From contig CAWFQB010000014.1 of assembly GCA_963817895.1 (NCBI GenBank), positions 32,001 to 96,000 of the forward strand: a stretch of DNA of 64,000 nt. Reading direction: 5' to 3'. The translations under genes and the position numbers were made by a program. This document shows positions 1-9,486 of this stretch, piece after piece. Numbering within the stretch: the first letter of the stretch is position 1; every line of letters begins with the position of its first letter. The notes beneath the pieces were generated by a model that ran no database searches, had not been told where the DNA came from, and worked only from the letters and a program-made list of their open reading frames with translations. The DNA comes from an uncultured Chthonomonadaceae bacterium. GTDB lineage: Bacteria > Armatimonadota > Chthonomonadetes > Chthonomonadales > Chthonomonadaceae.

Positions 1-85
1 TTGAGAGGCCTGCGGCCAATCGTACTGTAGACGAAAGAATCTCCAGAGTGTTTACTTCCGTCTGTATCTGTAGATAGCGCAGTAC

Positions 86-535
86 CTAACTGTGTCTACT
101 ACGAATCTCTTGTTCCCATACTTGCTCGGCGAGGCGACAATCGGGGCAATACAGTACATCGGCTTCGCTTTCTTCACATACCTCGCAGCCGCCCAAGACA
201 TGTGGGTATGCGTAGGGAAAGCGTGTATTTCTTGCCTCCCGATACTCCTCTTCGTATCTTATCAATCCGTAATGTATCAATACGCGGTCTGGCTGAAAGC
301 GGCAGTCGTGAACCGGGCAGGACAGTATTGGGGCTGCGAGGTAATCAAAGGAAACGGATGCGTACTCGCTGCGTACCCGTGTAAAAGCGTCCCAAAGGTC
401 TTGTTGCCAGAAAAGCAACCGCCCTTTCTCACGACAAGTCGTATTCAGCTTATCCAGAAACTTGCGATACTGTTCTTCACCACAAAAAGCTTCGAAATGC
501 GCAGCAAGTTTTTTATGTGCAAATGGATGCGTCAC
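86..535 (-). CDS. Hypothetical protein with Cys motifs (CPVH, GGCEVC, CPDC), possibly Zn-binding
   Basis: 149-aa ATG ORF with protein-like composition; no family recognised. Confidence 0.6.
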   Translation of the reverse strand: MTHPFAHKKLAAHFEAFCGEEQYRKFLDKLNTTCREKGRLLFWQQDLWDAFTRVRSEYASVSFDYLAAPILSCPVHDCRFQPDRVLIHYGLIRYEEEYREARNTRFPYAYPHVLGGCEVCEESEADVLYCPDCRLAEQVWEQEIRSRHS

Positions 536-692
536 GTTTCCCGACTTTGATAAAAGAATTTGTTAAAAAACTTCTAATATAGTATGATATAAATATGTTA
601 ATAGTCTTTCGTCTGAGGGACGATTGGCTGCAGGCCTTTCCAACCGGCATTTTATATGCCCGACTCTGCGGCAGAACTTACTTCACAGGGTA

Positions 693-1784
693 CTAACGCG
701 GCACTTCGATACTTTGCAGGATGGATTCTACCACACGGTCGGTTGTGTAGCCCTCTATTTCGGATTCGGGGCGCAACATCAGGCGGTGGCGGAGAACGGG
801 CGTCGCCATTTGCTTGACATCATCGGGCGTGACATAGGCGCGTCCGCGTATTGCGGCTAAGGTTTTGGTGGTGAGCAGCAGGGTAATGGCGGCGCGGGGA
901 CTGGCTCCCAATGTGAGATGGCGGTTGTCGCGGGTGGCGCGGACAATTTGCACCATGTAGCGCTGTACGGCAGGGTCTACCGATACGCGATCTATTTCCG
1001 CCTGATAGAGGGGCAAATCGGGCATTTCAAGGGCGGGCAGAATCTGGGCGCGGTCGAGATTTTGCGAACGGAAACCGCCCTGTACCCGCGCAATAATATT
1101 CTGCTCTTCCTCCGCGCCGGGATACGGAACGATGATTTTCAGCATGAAGCGATCCAATTGCGCTTCGGGCAGGGCATACGTGCCTTCGTACTCAATCGGG
1201 TTTTGGGTGGCGCAGACGAGGAACGGCGCGGGCAGATCGTGGGATACGCCGTCAATGGTGACGCGGCGTTCCTCCATGGCTTCGAGCAGGGCGGATTGCG
1301 TTTTGGGGGGTGTCCGGTTTATTTCGTCGGCAAGGACAAGTCCGGCAAACAGCGGGCCTTTCTTCAGACTGAACTGCTGCGCGCGCGGATCAAAAATACT
1401 GGTTCCCAGAATGTCGGACGGCATCAGGTCGGGCGTGAACTGAATACGGGCAAAGGACACGTTGAAAATGCGGGCAAGGGTGCGAATGGACAGCGTTTTG
1501 GCCGTGCCGGGTACGCCTTCCAACAGGACATGCCCGCCCGCCAGAACAGCGACAATCAGCATTTCAATAAGTTCGTTCTGCCCTACAAGCGTTTTGTGCA
1601 TCTCCTGCGTAATGCGGGAAGCGAGTTCTCGAACCGCTGAAACCGGCGCGGCTGCAAAATCCATCGCCGGAACGAACGCCGGAACCGTAGCGGGCGCAGG
1701 CGCGGGAATATTCGGTATAAATGGCTCAACGGCAACAGGGGGCGCGAAAATGTCTTCCGGCTGCGCGTCACTAATTTCCGACAA
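693..1784 (-). CDS. MoxR-family AAA+ ATPase
   Basis: LLEGVPGTAKT Walker A, RIQFTPDLMPSDI, LADEINRTPPKTQSALLEAMEE, ATQNPIEYEGTYALPEAQLDRF; AAGGAG RBS upstream. Confidence 0.95.
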   Translation of the reverse strand: MSEISDAQPEDIFAPPVAVEPFIPNIPAPAPATVPAFVPAMDFAAAPVSAVRELASRITQEMHKTLVGQNELIEMLIVAVLAGGHVLLEGVPGTAKTLSIRTLARIFNVSFARIQFTPDLMPSDILGTSIFDPRAQQFSLKKGPLFAGLVLADEINRTPPKTQSALLEAMEERRVTIDGVSHDLPAPFLVCATQNPIEYEGTYALPEAQLDRFMLKIIVPYPGAEEEQNIIARVQGGFRSQNLDRAQILPALEMPDLPLYQAEIDRVSVDPAVQRYMVQIVRATRDNRHLTLGASPRAAITLLLTTKTLAAIRGRAYVTPDDVKQMATPVLRHRLMLRPESEIEGYTTDRVVESILQSIEVPR

Positions 1785-1800
1785 GTTGCAATCTCCTTTA

Positions 1801-1851
1801 CCTCACCCCAACCCATCTCCTTGCCGCTCGTTCCTCGCCAGGAGAGGGGCT
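1801..1851 (+). repeat. CCTCACCCC...CCTCTCC/GGAGAGGGG palindromic element, copy 1
   Basis: cctcaccccaacccatctccttgccgctcgttcctcgccaggagaggggct. Confidence 0.85.
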
Positions 1852-1975
1852 AAGAAGGGTTCAACCCTCTTTGTGTCGCTCCATAGTCGCTAAAAGTGGG
1901 GCATTATGGTTAATGGTGGACGTGGTTCCTAGAATTGTTTCCCAATCTTGGAAGAAGGGGAGTATGTTGATTATA

Positions 1976-3190
1976 TTATGGTTCGTGAAGGTCAAACAAA
2001 TTATTGTAGTGGTGTAATTGCCGCGCCAAATCGAGCATTTCGTTTGCGGGTATACGCTGGCCGGATGCTACTTGATCGCAGCGTAACATCAGTTGGCTGA
2101 GTTCGTTTGCCTGTTGCGGATAACGCTTAGTGACGCGCTGCATGAGTTCGGGCGTGGAAACATCGGGCGGCGCGTCCAGATGGCGAATCAGCAGATGGCG
2201 AAAATCCTGATATAGCGTTTGGACCACGATGTCACTGGCTTCTGCCCGCTGGAACCAACGCGCAAGCGAGTACACGTATTCCGTGCTTGCGCGATATGTC
2301 GGAACGGGAAGCGAACGGGAAATGCCGAAGCGACGGTTGCCGTTGTACAGGTTCAGCAGCAAAAGTATAATAAAAGGCCATGTGGCGAGTTTGATGGGAC
2401 GGGGCAGGGTGGAAATCCAGTTTTGCCGCGCGTCGCCTGCCGTGTCAAACCCGACGCCGTGATGGTACTCGTCGAATTGAATGTTCCGCTTATTGTCGCC
2501 GACCGCCGCCTGCGCGACATTGGCGAGGAATACGACGTTATCGGACTCTTTGATTCCTTTGTTGCTGACCATTCCGGTATCGGCAACCAGCACAATATGC
2601 CCCTTGCCGAGCGGTTTATGCGCCGCGATAATCCCCTGACCGTCCTTAAACAGCGCGGTATACGGCGCGTTGGGGGCAGGCTTCAGGCGGACGGGACTGG
2701 CAACCGTAATGCTGCCGACATTGCGCGTATAAGGCAAAGACTCCGGCATCGGAGTCGCTTCATCCGGTTCGGGACCGGCGGAAACCACTTCGATGTCGCC
2801 CGCAAGCGTATCCTGCGGATCAAGAGGGCGCGGCGGGTCAGACAGGAAATACAGCGTGGTTCCACCCGCCTGCGTCCAGGATCGCAGGGCGTCCACTTCC
2901 TTTGCGGTCGGCTGACGTTTCTTATCCAGTGGTTCCACAACCACAATCATGCCGTCGTTTGGGCTAAGAGTATCCCATGTGGAAGTCAGACGCCGAACGG
3001 AGTAGGCATTTGTTTCCAGAAGGGCGTACAGCGCTTTGGAACCTGCGGGGTTCGCGTTCAGGCTGCTGGCGGACGAACTTGCCACGACCGCCTGACCCGC
3101 CTGTTCCGCAAACAGGGCGATGATGAGAAACGCGCCCAATAGCAGAGCGACAATTGCGTATTCAGGAATATGTCGGCGGGAATTTGTCAT
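1976..3190 (-). CDS. DUF4350-domain membrane-anchored protein
   Basis: N-terminal TM helix, SSLNANPAGSKALYALL, FDEYHHG motif, position upstream of MoxR. Confidence 0.8.
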   Translation of the reverse strand: MTNSRRHIPEYAIVALLLGAFLIIALFAEQAGQAVVASSSASSLNANPAGSKALYALLETNAYSVRRLTSTWDTLSPNDGMIVVVEPLDKKRQPTAKEVDALRSWTQAGGTTLYFLSDPPRPLDPQDTLAGDIEVVSAGPEPDEATPMPESLPYTRNVGSITVASPVRLKPAPNAPYTALFKDGQGIIAAHKPLGKGHIVLVADTGMVSNKGIKESDNVVFLANVAQAAVGDNKRNIQFDEYHHGVGFDTAGDARQNWISTLPRPIKLATWPFIILLLLNLYNGNRRFGISRSLPVPTYRASTEYVYSLARWFQRAEASDIVVQTLYQDFRHLLIRHLDAPPDVSTPELMQRVTKRYPQQANELSQLMLRCDQVASGQRIPANEMLDLARQLHHYNNLFDLHEP

Positions 3191-4170
3191 GGCAAGCCTG
3201 CCCCGTTATTCGCCGCGTGGGTGCGAAAATCCTGCGCTTCAGAACCGGCAGCGAGAGGGAGAGTGGATTTAACAAGTTCCGGCAACTGTTTATGCGCGTC
3301 GCGTATGTCCTGATAATCCTGTTGGGATGTGGGCTGATCGCCGTACCAGCGGGCGTCGAACGCGGCGGCAAACGAGACGAGCAGGGCGTAAATCGGCTGA
3401 TTACGCGCCTGCTGAAGTTGGCGCAGGTAATCGCCATTGGTACGCGCCCGGTCGTAGGACAGCAATTCCGCGCTGTCAAGTTGCAGCAGCATGGCGAGGA
3501 AGACGGCGCGATAGGCGCGGCGGAAATCGCCCTGTCGCGCCCATTCTTCGGCCTGTGTCAGCCACACTCCTGCATCGCGCTCAATTTCCGCCAGAGCCTC
3601 CTCTTCGGCAGCCACCTTATGCGCCGGACGGGCGGCATATTCGCGGGGCGACCAATTGCGCAACATGCGGAATACAATCCACAACAGCCCGGCAGAGATA
3701 AGGGTCAGCAGGACGCCGATGACAAGATTACTGCCGCCGCGCAGCCCGCTTGTACGAAACAGGTGATCCCACCAGTCGCGGACGCGCTGCCATAAGCGGC
3801 GACCCTCCGCCATTTTGTCCCTGAGATAGTTGTCGTCAGGGGTATCCGGCTGAAATTCCTTGCTCCCTAAAATACGATTCAGATCGGCTTTCAGTTGGGA
3901 GGGCGGCGCAACGGACGCGCTTGAAGACGCAGGCGGATTTCCGGTAGCGGCGGGAGATTGCTGCGCCTGTACGGGGCGGGAACTGCATAGCCAAACTAGC
4001 AGGCAGGCAATGATAGTGGCCCTCACCCCCGCCCCTCTCCTACCAAACGTATTTCCAATGCGAAGCAGAAATACGAAACATGGGGGAGGGGAGGCTGGTT
4101 GATTGGTAGTTGGGGATGAAGAGTTAAATTTATAAAACTTATTATACAACTTTTGGAGGGAAAGGGGCAT
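3187..4170 (-). CDS. DUF4129-domain protein (start uncertain; ATG overlaps the upstream TGA)
   Basis: AEEWARQGDFRRAYRAVFLA, RARTNGDY, FDARWYG typical of DUF4129; the 527-aa ORF call extends spuriously into the upstream gene. Confidence 0.75.
   Translation of the reverse strand: MPLSLQKLYNKFYKFNSSSPTTNQPASPPPCFVFLLRIGNTFGRRGAGVRATIIACLLVWLCSSRPVQAQQSPAATGNPPASSSASVAPPSQLKADLNRILGSKEFQPDTPDDNYLRDKMAEGRRLWQRVRDWWDHLFRTSGLRGGSNLVIGVLLTLISAGLLWIVFRMLRNWSPREYAARPAHKVAAEEEALAEIERDAGVWLTQAEEWARQGDFRRAYRAVFLAMLLQLDSAELLSYDRARTNGDYLRQLQQARNQPIYALLVSFAAAFDARWYGDQPTSQQDYQDIRDAHKQLPELVKSTLPLAAGSEAQDFRTHAANNGAGLP
4021..4094 (+). repeat. Palindromic element copy 2, inside the DUF4129 5' region, with nested GCGAAGC hairpin
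   Basis: cctcacccccgcccctctcc...cgtatttc-caatgcgaagca-gaaatacg...gggggaggggagg. Confidence 0.8.
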
Positions 4171-5240
4171 CAATGAATACCCTCCATTAAATCGGCAAGC
4201 AGGGTTATATCCATGCCGTCGCGGTGTATTCGGTAGTCGAAGTAGAGCACGTTGATGAAAATCAGCAGGTAGGGCTGTAGGAAGGTGATAAGTAACGCGC
4301 TGATGCCGGTTTCCACAATGAACGCGAGGGTGGGCGGCAGGGTGACAAGGGCAAGCAGGCCATTCAGCGACAGCAGTATCAGCATTTGTACGGTAAAAAA
4401 CACAATCGGCAGAAACACTATGGCGGCGAGAGTGCGGCGGGCGTGGGGATGTTTGACAAGCTGCCAGTTGCGGGCGGGGATTAGGGTGACAGGCGTGTCT
4501 TCCAGCACGAGCAGGGGCGTCGTGAACAGAAACCCGAACGCCAGAACGGTCATTACCGCCACATAAGGCATGAGCAGAAACACCAGCCCGATGATAACGC
4601 TGATGAGAGGAGGAACCACGCCATGCGACAGGCCGACCGCCAGCCCGATGAAGAAACCGGCGATTGATAAAATTATCAGGGCTATGAGAACAACGGCGGT
4701 TAAAACGAAAAACGTGACTGTCCAGCCGCCGAGAACGCGGGGAATGTGGCGGAAGGCACGGCGGCAGCAATCCGTCCAGCGGGGCGTTTGTCCCTGATAA
4801 ATGTCCGACAGCGCGATGGCAATGAGTACGCTGATGATAGCAAGGGCTACTATGGAAAGCAGGCCCGGAACCCCCCCCTGCGGAAAGCCTGTCAACGCGC
4901 CGCCCGTAATCAGGCCGAAACCCGCTCCTATATCGTCGGGGTGCGTATCCGTATAAGCGTTGAGCGGCTTGAGCCAGGCGTTGAACAGCAGGTAAAGGAG
5001 GGCTTGCAGTGGCAGCAGTATGACAGCGGCGAGGGTGAACAGGACACGGAAATAGGCGCGGTAGATGTCGAAAGCCAGATCAAAAACGCCGGCAATGCTG
5101 CGGGGCAGCAGCAATTCTTCAGCCGTGATGCGTGGCGACGTTTGAAGGGCTGCGCCTGCCGTAAGCGTCTGAGCAGGCTGCGCGGCATAAGCAGCGCTGC
5201 GATTTGCAAATGTGCGCGGTAATGGCTGTTGTATGGACAT
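4170..5240 (-). CDS. Multi-pass membrane protein of the DUF4129/DUF4350/MoxR cluster
   Basis: LLPRSIAGVFDLAFDIYR start, several hydrophobic helices, C-terminal LYFDYRIHRDGMDI. Confidence 0.8.
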   Translation of the reverse strand: MSIQQPLPRTFANRSAAYAAQPAQTLTAGAALQTSPRITAEELLLPRSIAGVFDLAFDIYRAYFRVLFTLAAVILLPLQALLYLLFNAWLKPLNAYTDTHPDDIGAGFGLITGGALTGFPQGGVPGLLSIVALAIISVLIAIALSDIYQGQTPRWTDCCRRAFRHIPRVLGGWTVTFFVLTAVVLIALIILSIAGFFIGLAVGLSHGVVPPLISVIIGLVFLLMPYVAVMTVLAFGFLFTTPLLVLEDTPVTLIPARNWQLVKHPHARRTLAAIVFLPIVFFTVQMLILLSLNGLLALVTLPPTLAFIVETGISALLITFLQPYLLIFINVLYFDYRIHRDGMDITLLADLMEGIH

Positions 5241-5274
5241 CAGGCGTTCGGTGTTCGGGTGTCGGCGTGAGTGT

Positions 5275-6447
5275 TTAGCCGTTCGGGTCTACGGGCGGCA
5301 GTTCGGGCGGCGCGGACGGGTTTTTGGGCGCAACCGTTGCGGTTTTGTGAATGGTGATGTGAACATTGACGGAGTCAACCGGATTGCCTTTGGTGTCCTG
5401 TACCTTGATGCCGTCGGGTACAATCAGGTCGGTCGTAATTTCGCGGGACTCGGTTTCGTTGCGCAGAGATATTCTCCGAGTGGCAAGGGTGAAAATGCGA
5501 TTGACGGCTTCCGTGTTGCCAGAGATTTTCACCTGTCGCGGCTCGACATCGCAGGTGAGAAACGCCCAGGGCGGCTGCGGATAGTCCGTGATGTTCGCGC
5601 TCACGGTGACAATGCGGGCGGGCGCGTCGGCCACAAGGGGGACGCTGACATGCACAAAGGTCGGCAGAACCTTCACGCTTTCCAAAACATTGCCGTCGTG
5701 GTCGCGCGGGAAAACGGGAAAAGAGCCTTTGATTTTGCCGTCTTCGGAGATGGTGTACAGGGCGCTGACACGATCCACCATATCTACCTGATCTTCGCGC
5801 CCGTTGAGCGTGACTTCGGGCGGGTCAAAAGCGGGCTTGCCATAGCGATACCCGGCAGGCGAAGGTTTTAAGGCAATGCTGACGGCTTTGGTTCGCGCGA
5901 CGCTGGCTATCAGGCGAAACTTGAACGCATTGTTGGTCTGGTCAATGCTTAACTGCGCCATTTGCTCCGGCGTGAGTTTGGGAATGGACGGCGTGAGCTG
6001 TACGAGCGATTGGTTTTTAACCGGACTGAGCGGTTTGTTCTGGAAGTTCGCATAAGCGTGAATATCGCCGTCTTTGATGGTTTCCATGAGGGGACGCGGC
6101 CCGCTGACGCTGAATGTAACCGTGTGCTGCGTGGTGTCTACGACGGCCCCAGCGGGAACCTGCTGATGGATAATGTCTGCGGTGAATTCCCGCGTGACGT
6201 TAGGATTGTGTTCGGCCTGCACAAAGACATACAGGCAGACGGCGGCGATCAGAGAGACTATTTTCAGGCGCATGTTTTCCCGCAGCCGGGCGGTAAGCGC
6301 GGTCTTCTGTCGCCGTATGGCCTGTTGGGTTTGTACGTTGGGGCGATAAATGCTCATGGCCTGATCAATTACGCGGATGTGGGCGTGATAAATCTCGCCA
6401 TTATGTGGATAGGTGATGCCTTTAAGCCTGCGCTCGTTTGCGTCCAA
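5275..6447 (-). CDS. cdaR: CdaR/YbbR-like regulator of diadenylate cyclase (true start may be 6357)
   Basis: ENMRLKIVSLIAAVCLYVFV anchor, YbbR-type repeats (PPEVTLNG, PRQVKISG), directly downstream of cdaA. Confidence 0.85.
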   Translation of the reverse strand: MDANERRLKGITYPHNGEIYHAHIRVIDQAMSIYRPNVQTQQAIRRQKTALTARLRENMRLKIVSLIAAVCLYVFVQAEHNPNVTREFTADIIHQQVPAGAVVDTTQHTVTFSVSGPRPLMETIKDGDIHAYANFQNKPLSPVKNQSLVQLTPSIPKLTPEQMAQLSIDQTNNAFKFRLIASVARTKAVSIALKPSPAGYRYGKPAFDPPEVTLNGREDQVDMVDRVSALYTISEDGKIKGSFPVFPRDHDGNVLESVKVLPTFVHVSVPLVADAPARIVTVSANITDYPQPPWAFLTCDVEPRQVKISGNTEAVNRIFTLATRRISLRNETESREITTDLIVPDGIKVQDTKGNPVDSVNVHITIHKTATVAPKNPSAPPELPPVDPNG

Positions 6448-7240
6448 TGAGGCCTTCCGGCGGTTGCAGCAGCCGGTTCAGGCGGTCGCGCAACACCTCT
6501 TCCTTCAGTCCGCGTCCCACGAATTTGCCGTCGGCGACAATGGAGATAATACCCGTTTCTTCGGAAACAACCACCACGACCGCATCGCTGTTTTCCGACA
6601 TGCCCAGCGCGGCTTTGTGGCGGGTATGAACGGCAGCATCCAGTTTCGGCCTGTCTGTCAGAGGCAGGATACATTCGGCTGCGGCGACGCGCCCCGTACG
6701 AATAATAACCGCCCCATCGTGCAGCGCTGTGCCTTTATAGAAAATGGTGTCCAGAAGTTCTATGCTGACCAGAGCATCCATGCGCGTTCCGGTCTGAATG
6801 ATCTCATCCAACCCCGTTTGCCGCTCGAAAACAATCAGCGCGCCCACGCGGTTGGCTCCCAACTTGATGACTGTCTGGACAACCGTATCAATCATTTCGC
6901 TGACGTCTTCGCGGTTGAGCAGACTCAAGCCGCGACTCCAGAAGCGCGGCCCGAACTCCTCCAGCGCGTGCCGCAGTTCGGGATAAAACAGGATGACGAT
7001 GGCGACCGGGCCGAGAGGAACCACCTGCTTGAGCAGCCAGTTCAGCGTGTCCAGATGCAGACGTTCGCTGAGATACAGCGCGAGTACCAGCGTCCCCAGT
7101 CCCCCCAGTATTTGCAGGGCGCGCGTCCCGCGCACCAGCAGCAGCAGGCGGTAGAGGAGGTAGGCGACCACCATAATGTCAAGGAGGCCAATCCAGGTAC
7201 TGCCTCCACGCAGCGCGGCGTGGAGTTGTTGTAGGCTCAT
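6422..7240 (-). CDS. cdaA: Diadenylate cyclase CdaA
   Basis: Three TM helices, VILFYPELRHALE, GALIV, LHDGAVII, TRHKAALGMSE, VVSEETG; AGGAG RBS before ATG 7240. Confidence 0.95.
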   Translation of the reverse strand: MSLQQLHAALRGGSTWIGLLDIMVVAYLLYRLLLLVRGTRALQILGGLGTLVLALYLSERLHLDTLNWLLKQVVPLGPVAIVILFYPELRHALEEFGPRFWSRGLSLLNREDVSEMIDTVVQTVIKLGANRVGALIVFERQTGLDEIIQTGTRMDALVSIELLDTIFYKGTALHDGAVIIRTGRVAAAECILPLTDRPKLDAAVHTRHKAALGMSENSDAVVVVVSEETGIISIVADGKFVGRGLKEEVLRDRLNRLLQPPEGLIGRKRAQA

Positions 7241-7348
7241 AACGGCAACTCCTGATCCAATCGCTTGCGCTGTCGTATGCAGGCTGTGTGGGAGCAATCG
7301 GGAAAAGCATGAGTCCGGCGCGAAAACGTTTTATAAAATCCTTCTTAC

Positions 7349-7377
7349 AGTATAGCACAGACAGGGGCGGGCGGCAA
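7349..7377 (-). promoter_or_regulatory. Sigma70-type promoter for the cdaA operon
   Basis: TTGCCG-17 nt-TATACT with extended -10 TG on the minus strand. Confidence 0.6.
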
Positions 7378-7505
7378 CAAAAAAGCGCGGCAATTCACCC
7401 CGGCTTTGGAATAAAAAATAGGTGTACATATCTCAACGCGAAGAACAAAATACGCCTGAAGCAACACTATTTTCCATTTTTTTACGGAAAACAGGCGCAA
7501 AGTGG

Positions 7506-7571
7506 TTGACAAACACGCGGGCTATTCCGTTATTATGGCGGTGAAGAGGATGCAATGTGAAACAATTCACA
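7506..7571 (+). promoter_or_regulatory. Possible promoter (TTGACA...TATTAT, 19-nt spacer) followed by a CRP/FNR-type palindrome
   Basis: TTGACA 7506-7511, TATTAT 7531-7536, TGTGA-aacaat-TCACA 7556-7571. Confidence 0.45.
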
Positions 7572-7793
7572 TCCTGATGGTGAATTACGCATCCATGAGG
7601 CGAGTTGAACCACCCTTGCCGAGACTTTAGAATTCCCAAACTATCTGAAACCGAAGTCATTCCGACTTTGCCCCGTGTTGTCGGCCCCATGCCGCGCAAA
7701 CCCCTATTTCGTCATTACGCAGACTGGGTTTGCCCTGCCCCGACGCCTGACAGCGCCCGGCTTCAATGCCCTCCACAGGAAGGAATACCTGCG

Positions 7794-9231
7794 TTGCAAA
7801 TCATGCAATCCACCGGAATTCGCTGGACGCGCCTTTGCGTCGCTTCCTCCGCCACCGCTCTTTTCGCTTCTGCTTCCCTGAGCGCGTTCGCCACGCAAAA
7901 ACACGCGCTTCAGCCCGGCGAAACCCTCGATGCTCTGGCCCGCAGATACCACGTTTCGGTTCCCGACTTGATCCGCGCCAACAACATTGAGAATCAGGAC
8001 GCGATTCCCGATGGGCGCGTGTTGACAATTCCCGATCCCCCGCGCAGTCTTCTATGCCGAGCCGGGAATTGCATCATGCAGCGCATGTCAGCAAAGACAG
8101 CGCATCTGTTCGGTTTGGGACCGGGACTGGAATATCGCCGCGCCAACTTTGTTTACGAGGGAGATGCGGTCACGGTCACGGCGGAGCGCGAGGGGTGGGC
8201 GCAGATCGAAGTCCGAGGGCGGCGTAAAAGGGCTGGATACTGAAAAGCCTGCTGCACGGCGCGAAGGGCAATGTGGAGGGGGCGCAAACCGCGTCTCGTA
8301 ACCGGGAGCAGGAGCCGAAACATTCGCGCAAGCCGGTTCACCACGCGGCGATGACAGCGGCGGAAGAGGATCGCAGTCGGGCGCGTAAAGTGGCGCGGCT
8401 GCAATCGGGTAAGAACACGGCGCATCACAAACGCCACGCGCAGGAGCAGGAGCCGGTCAAAACGCATAAGGCGCATGAGGAGCGGGAAGTGGCCGCGCAC
8501 AGCAGTCACAAGCGCAAACATGCCGCGCAGGTCGCGCGCATCGAGCATGAGACGGCAAAAGCGCGGCGGCATCACCATACGGAAGACAGCGAGCTTGCGG
8601 TAAGCAGCCATAAGCGCGTGGCAAAGCGGCATGACAGTGGCGGTATAGACGCATGTCGCTAAAGCGCGGCATCACGCGGAAGCCGCGAACATCTTGCGCG
8701 GCTCGCAAAACAGAACACAGCATCAGGAGGCGCATCTGGCGAATGTCACGCGCCGCAAGAGCCGCCACCATGCCGAAGTGGTGAACCGGCAGGTCACGGT
8801 AACGCATCACAGCCGTAAAACGAGAGTGGCGGAAGCGGAAATGCCGCAGGCTTCCAGCGACATCGTTCGTACGGCGTATGCGTATCGCGGAACGCCGTAT
8901 GTGTGGGGGGGCGAGCGTCCGGGCGGGTTCGACTGCTCCGGGTTCACGCTGCACCTGATGGGCAAAAAAGGCGTGTCGCTGCCGCACTCGGCCCGCGCGC
9001 AGTTCAACATGGGCCACAAAGTAGACCGCAACGGCATGAAACCGGGCGATCTGGTCTTCTTCCATACCGTGACGCCGGGTATTTCGCATGTGCGGCATGT
9101 ATGTCGGCAATGGCAAGTTCGTCCATGCGTCGAGTCGGCGTTCCGGCGGCGTCCGCGTGGACAGTCTGGAAGGCGGCTACTACAGCAAAGCATTCCGGGG
9201 CGCGCGCCGGATGCGCAAAAGCGACGATTAG
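7794..9231 (+). CDS. Secreted LysM-SH3-NlpC/P60 peptidoglycan endopeptidase (split by frameshifts)
   Basis: Signal peptide, LysM (HALQPGETLDALARRYHVS), SH3-like (VTVTAEREGWAQIE), NlpC/P60 (GTPYVWGG, FDCSGF, PGDLVFF, SHV..YVGNGKFVHAS) across ORFs 7605, 8273, 8694; TAG at 9229-9231. Confidence 0.85.
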
Positions 9232-9237
9232 TTTTTA

Positions 9238-9290
9238 CCTCACCCCAACCCCTCTCCTTGCCGCGCAACGCGCTGGGAGAGGGGCTTTTT
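9238..9290 (+). repeat. Palindromic element copy 3, hairpin plus T-run (likely also terminator)
   Basis: cctcaccccaacccctctccttgccgcgcaacgcgctgggagaggggcttttt just after the NlpC/P60 stop. Confidence 0.85.
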
Positions 9291-9486
9291 GTTTTCTTAC
9301 ATCAGAACCATGCAGATTAGGGGACTCTCAACAAAAACGTTGTAGATGTCGTGTTCACCAAATTCAAGGCAGAGCAACAAGGAAACGGGAATAAAAGCGG
9401 GAGGTTGTTCGTTTCATATTGTAGAGGCAAGTTTGAACTTTCTAGTTCTTAACGTGTCATCAGAAGCCGGCATTTTGGGCTGATAT

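Noticed and set aside
3187..4770. 527-aa ORF as a single protein
   Set aside because: Its first ~200 codons overlap the membrane-protein gene in another frame and have non-protein-like composition
7530..7800. c-di-AMP (ydaO) riboswitch expected upstream of an NlpC/P60 gene next to cdaA
   Set aside because: The hallmark GCTGAATCC, GGGGGA.CC and CAGCTAAC segments could not be found by eye; an Rfam scan would be decisive
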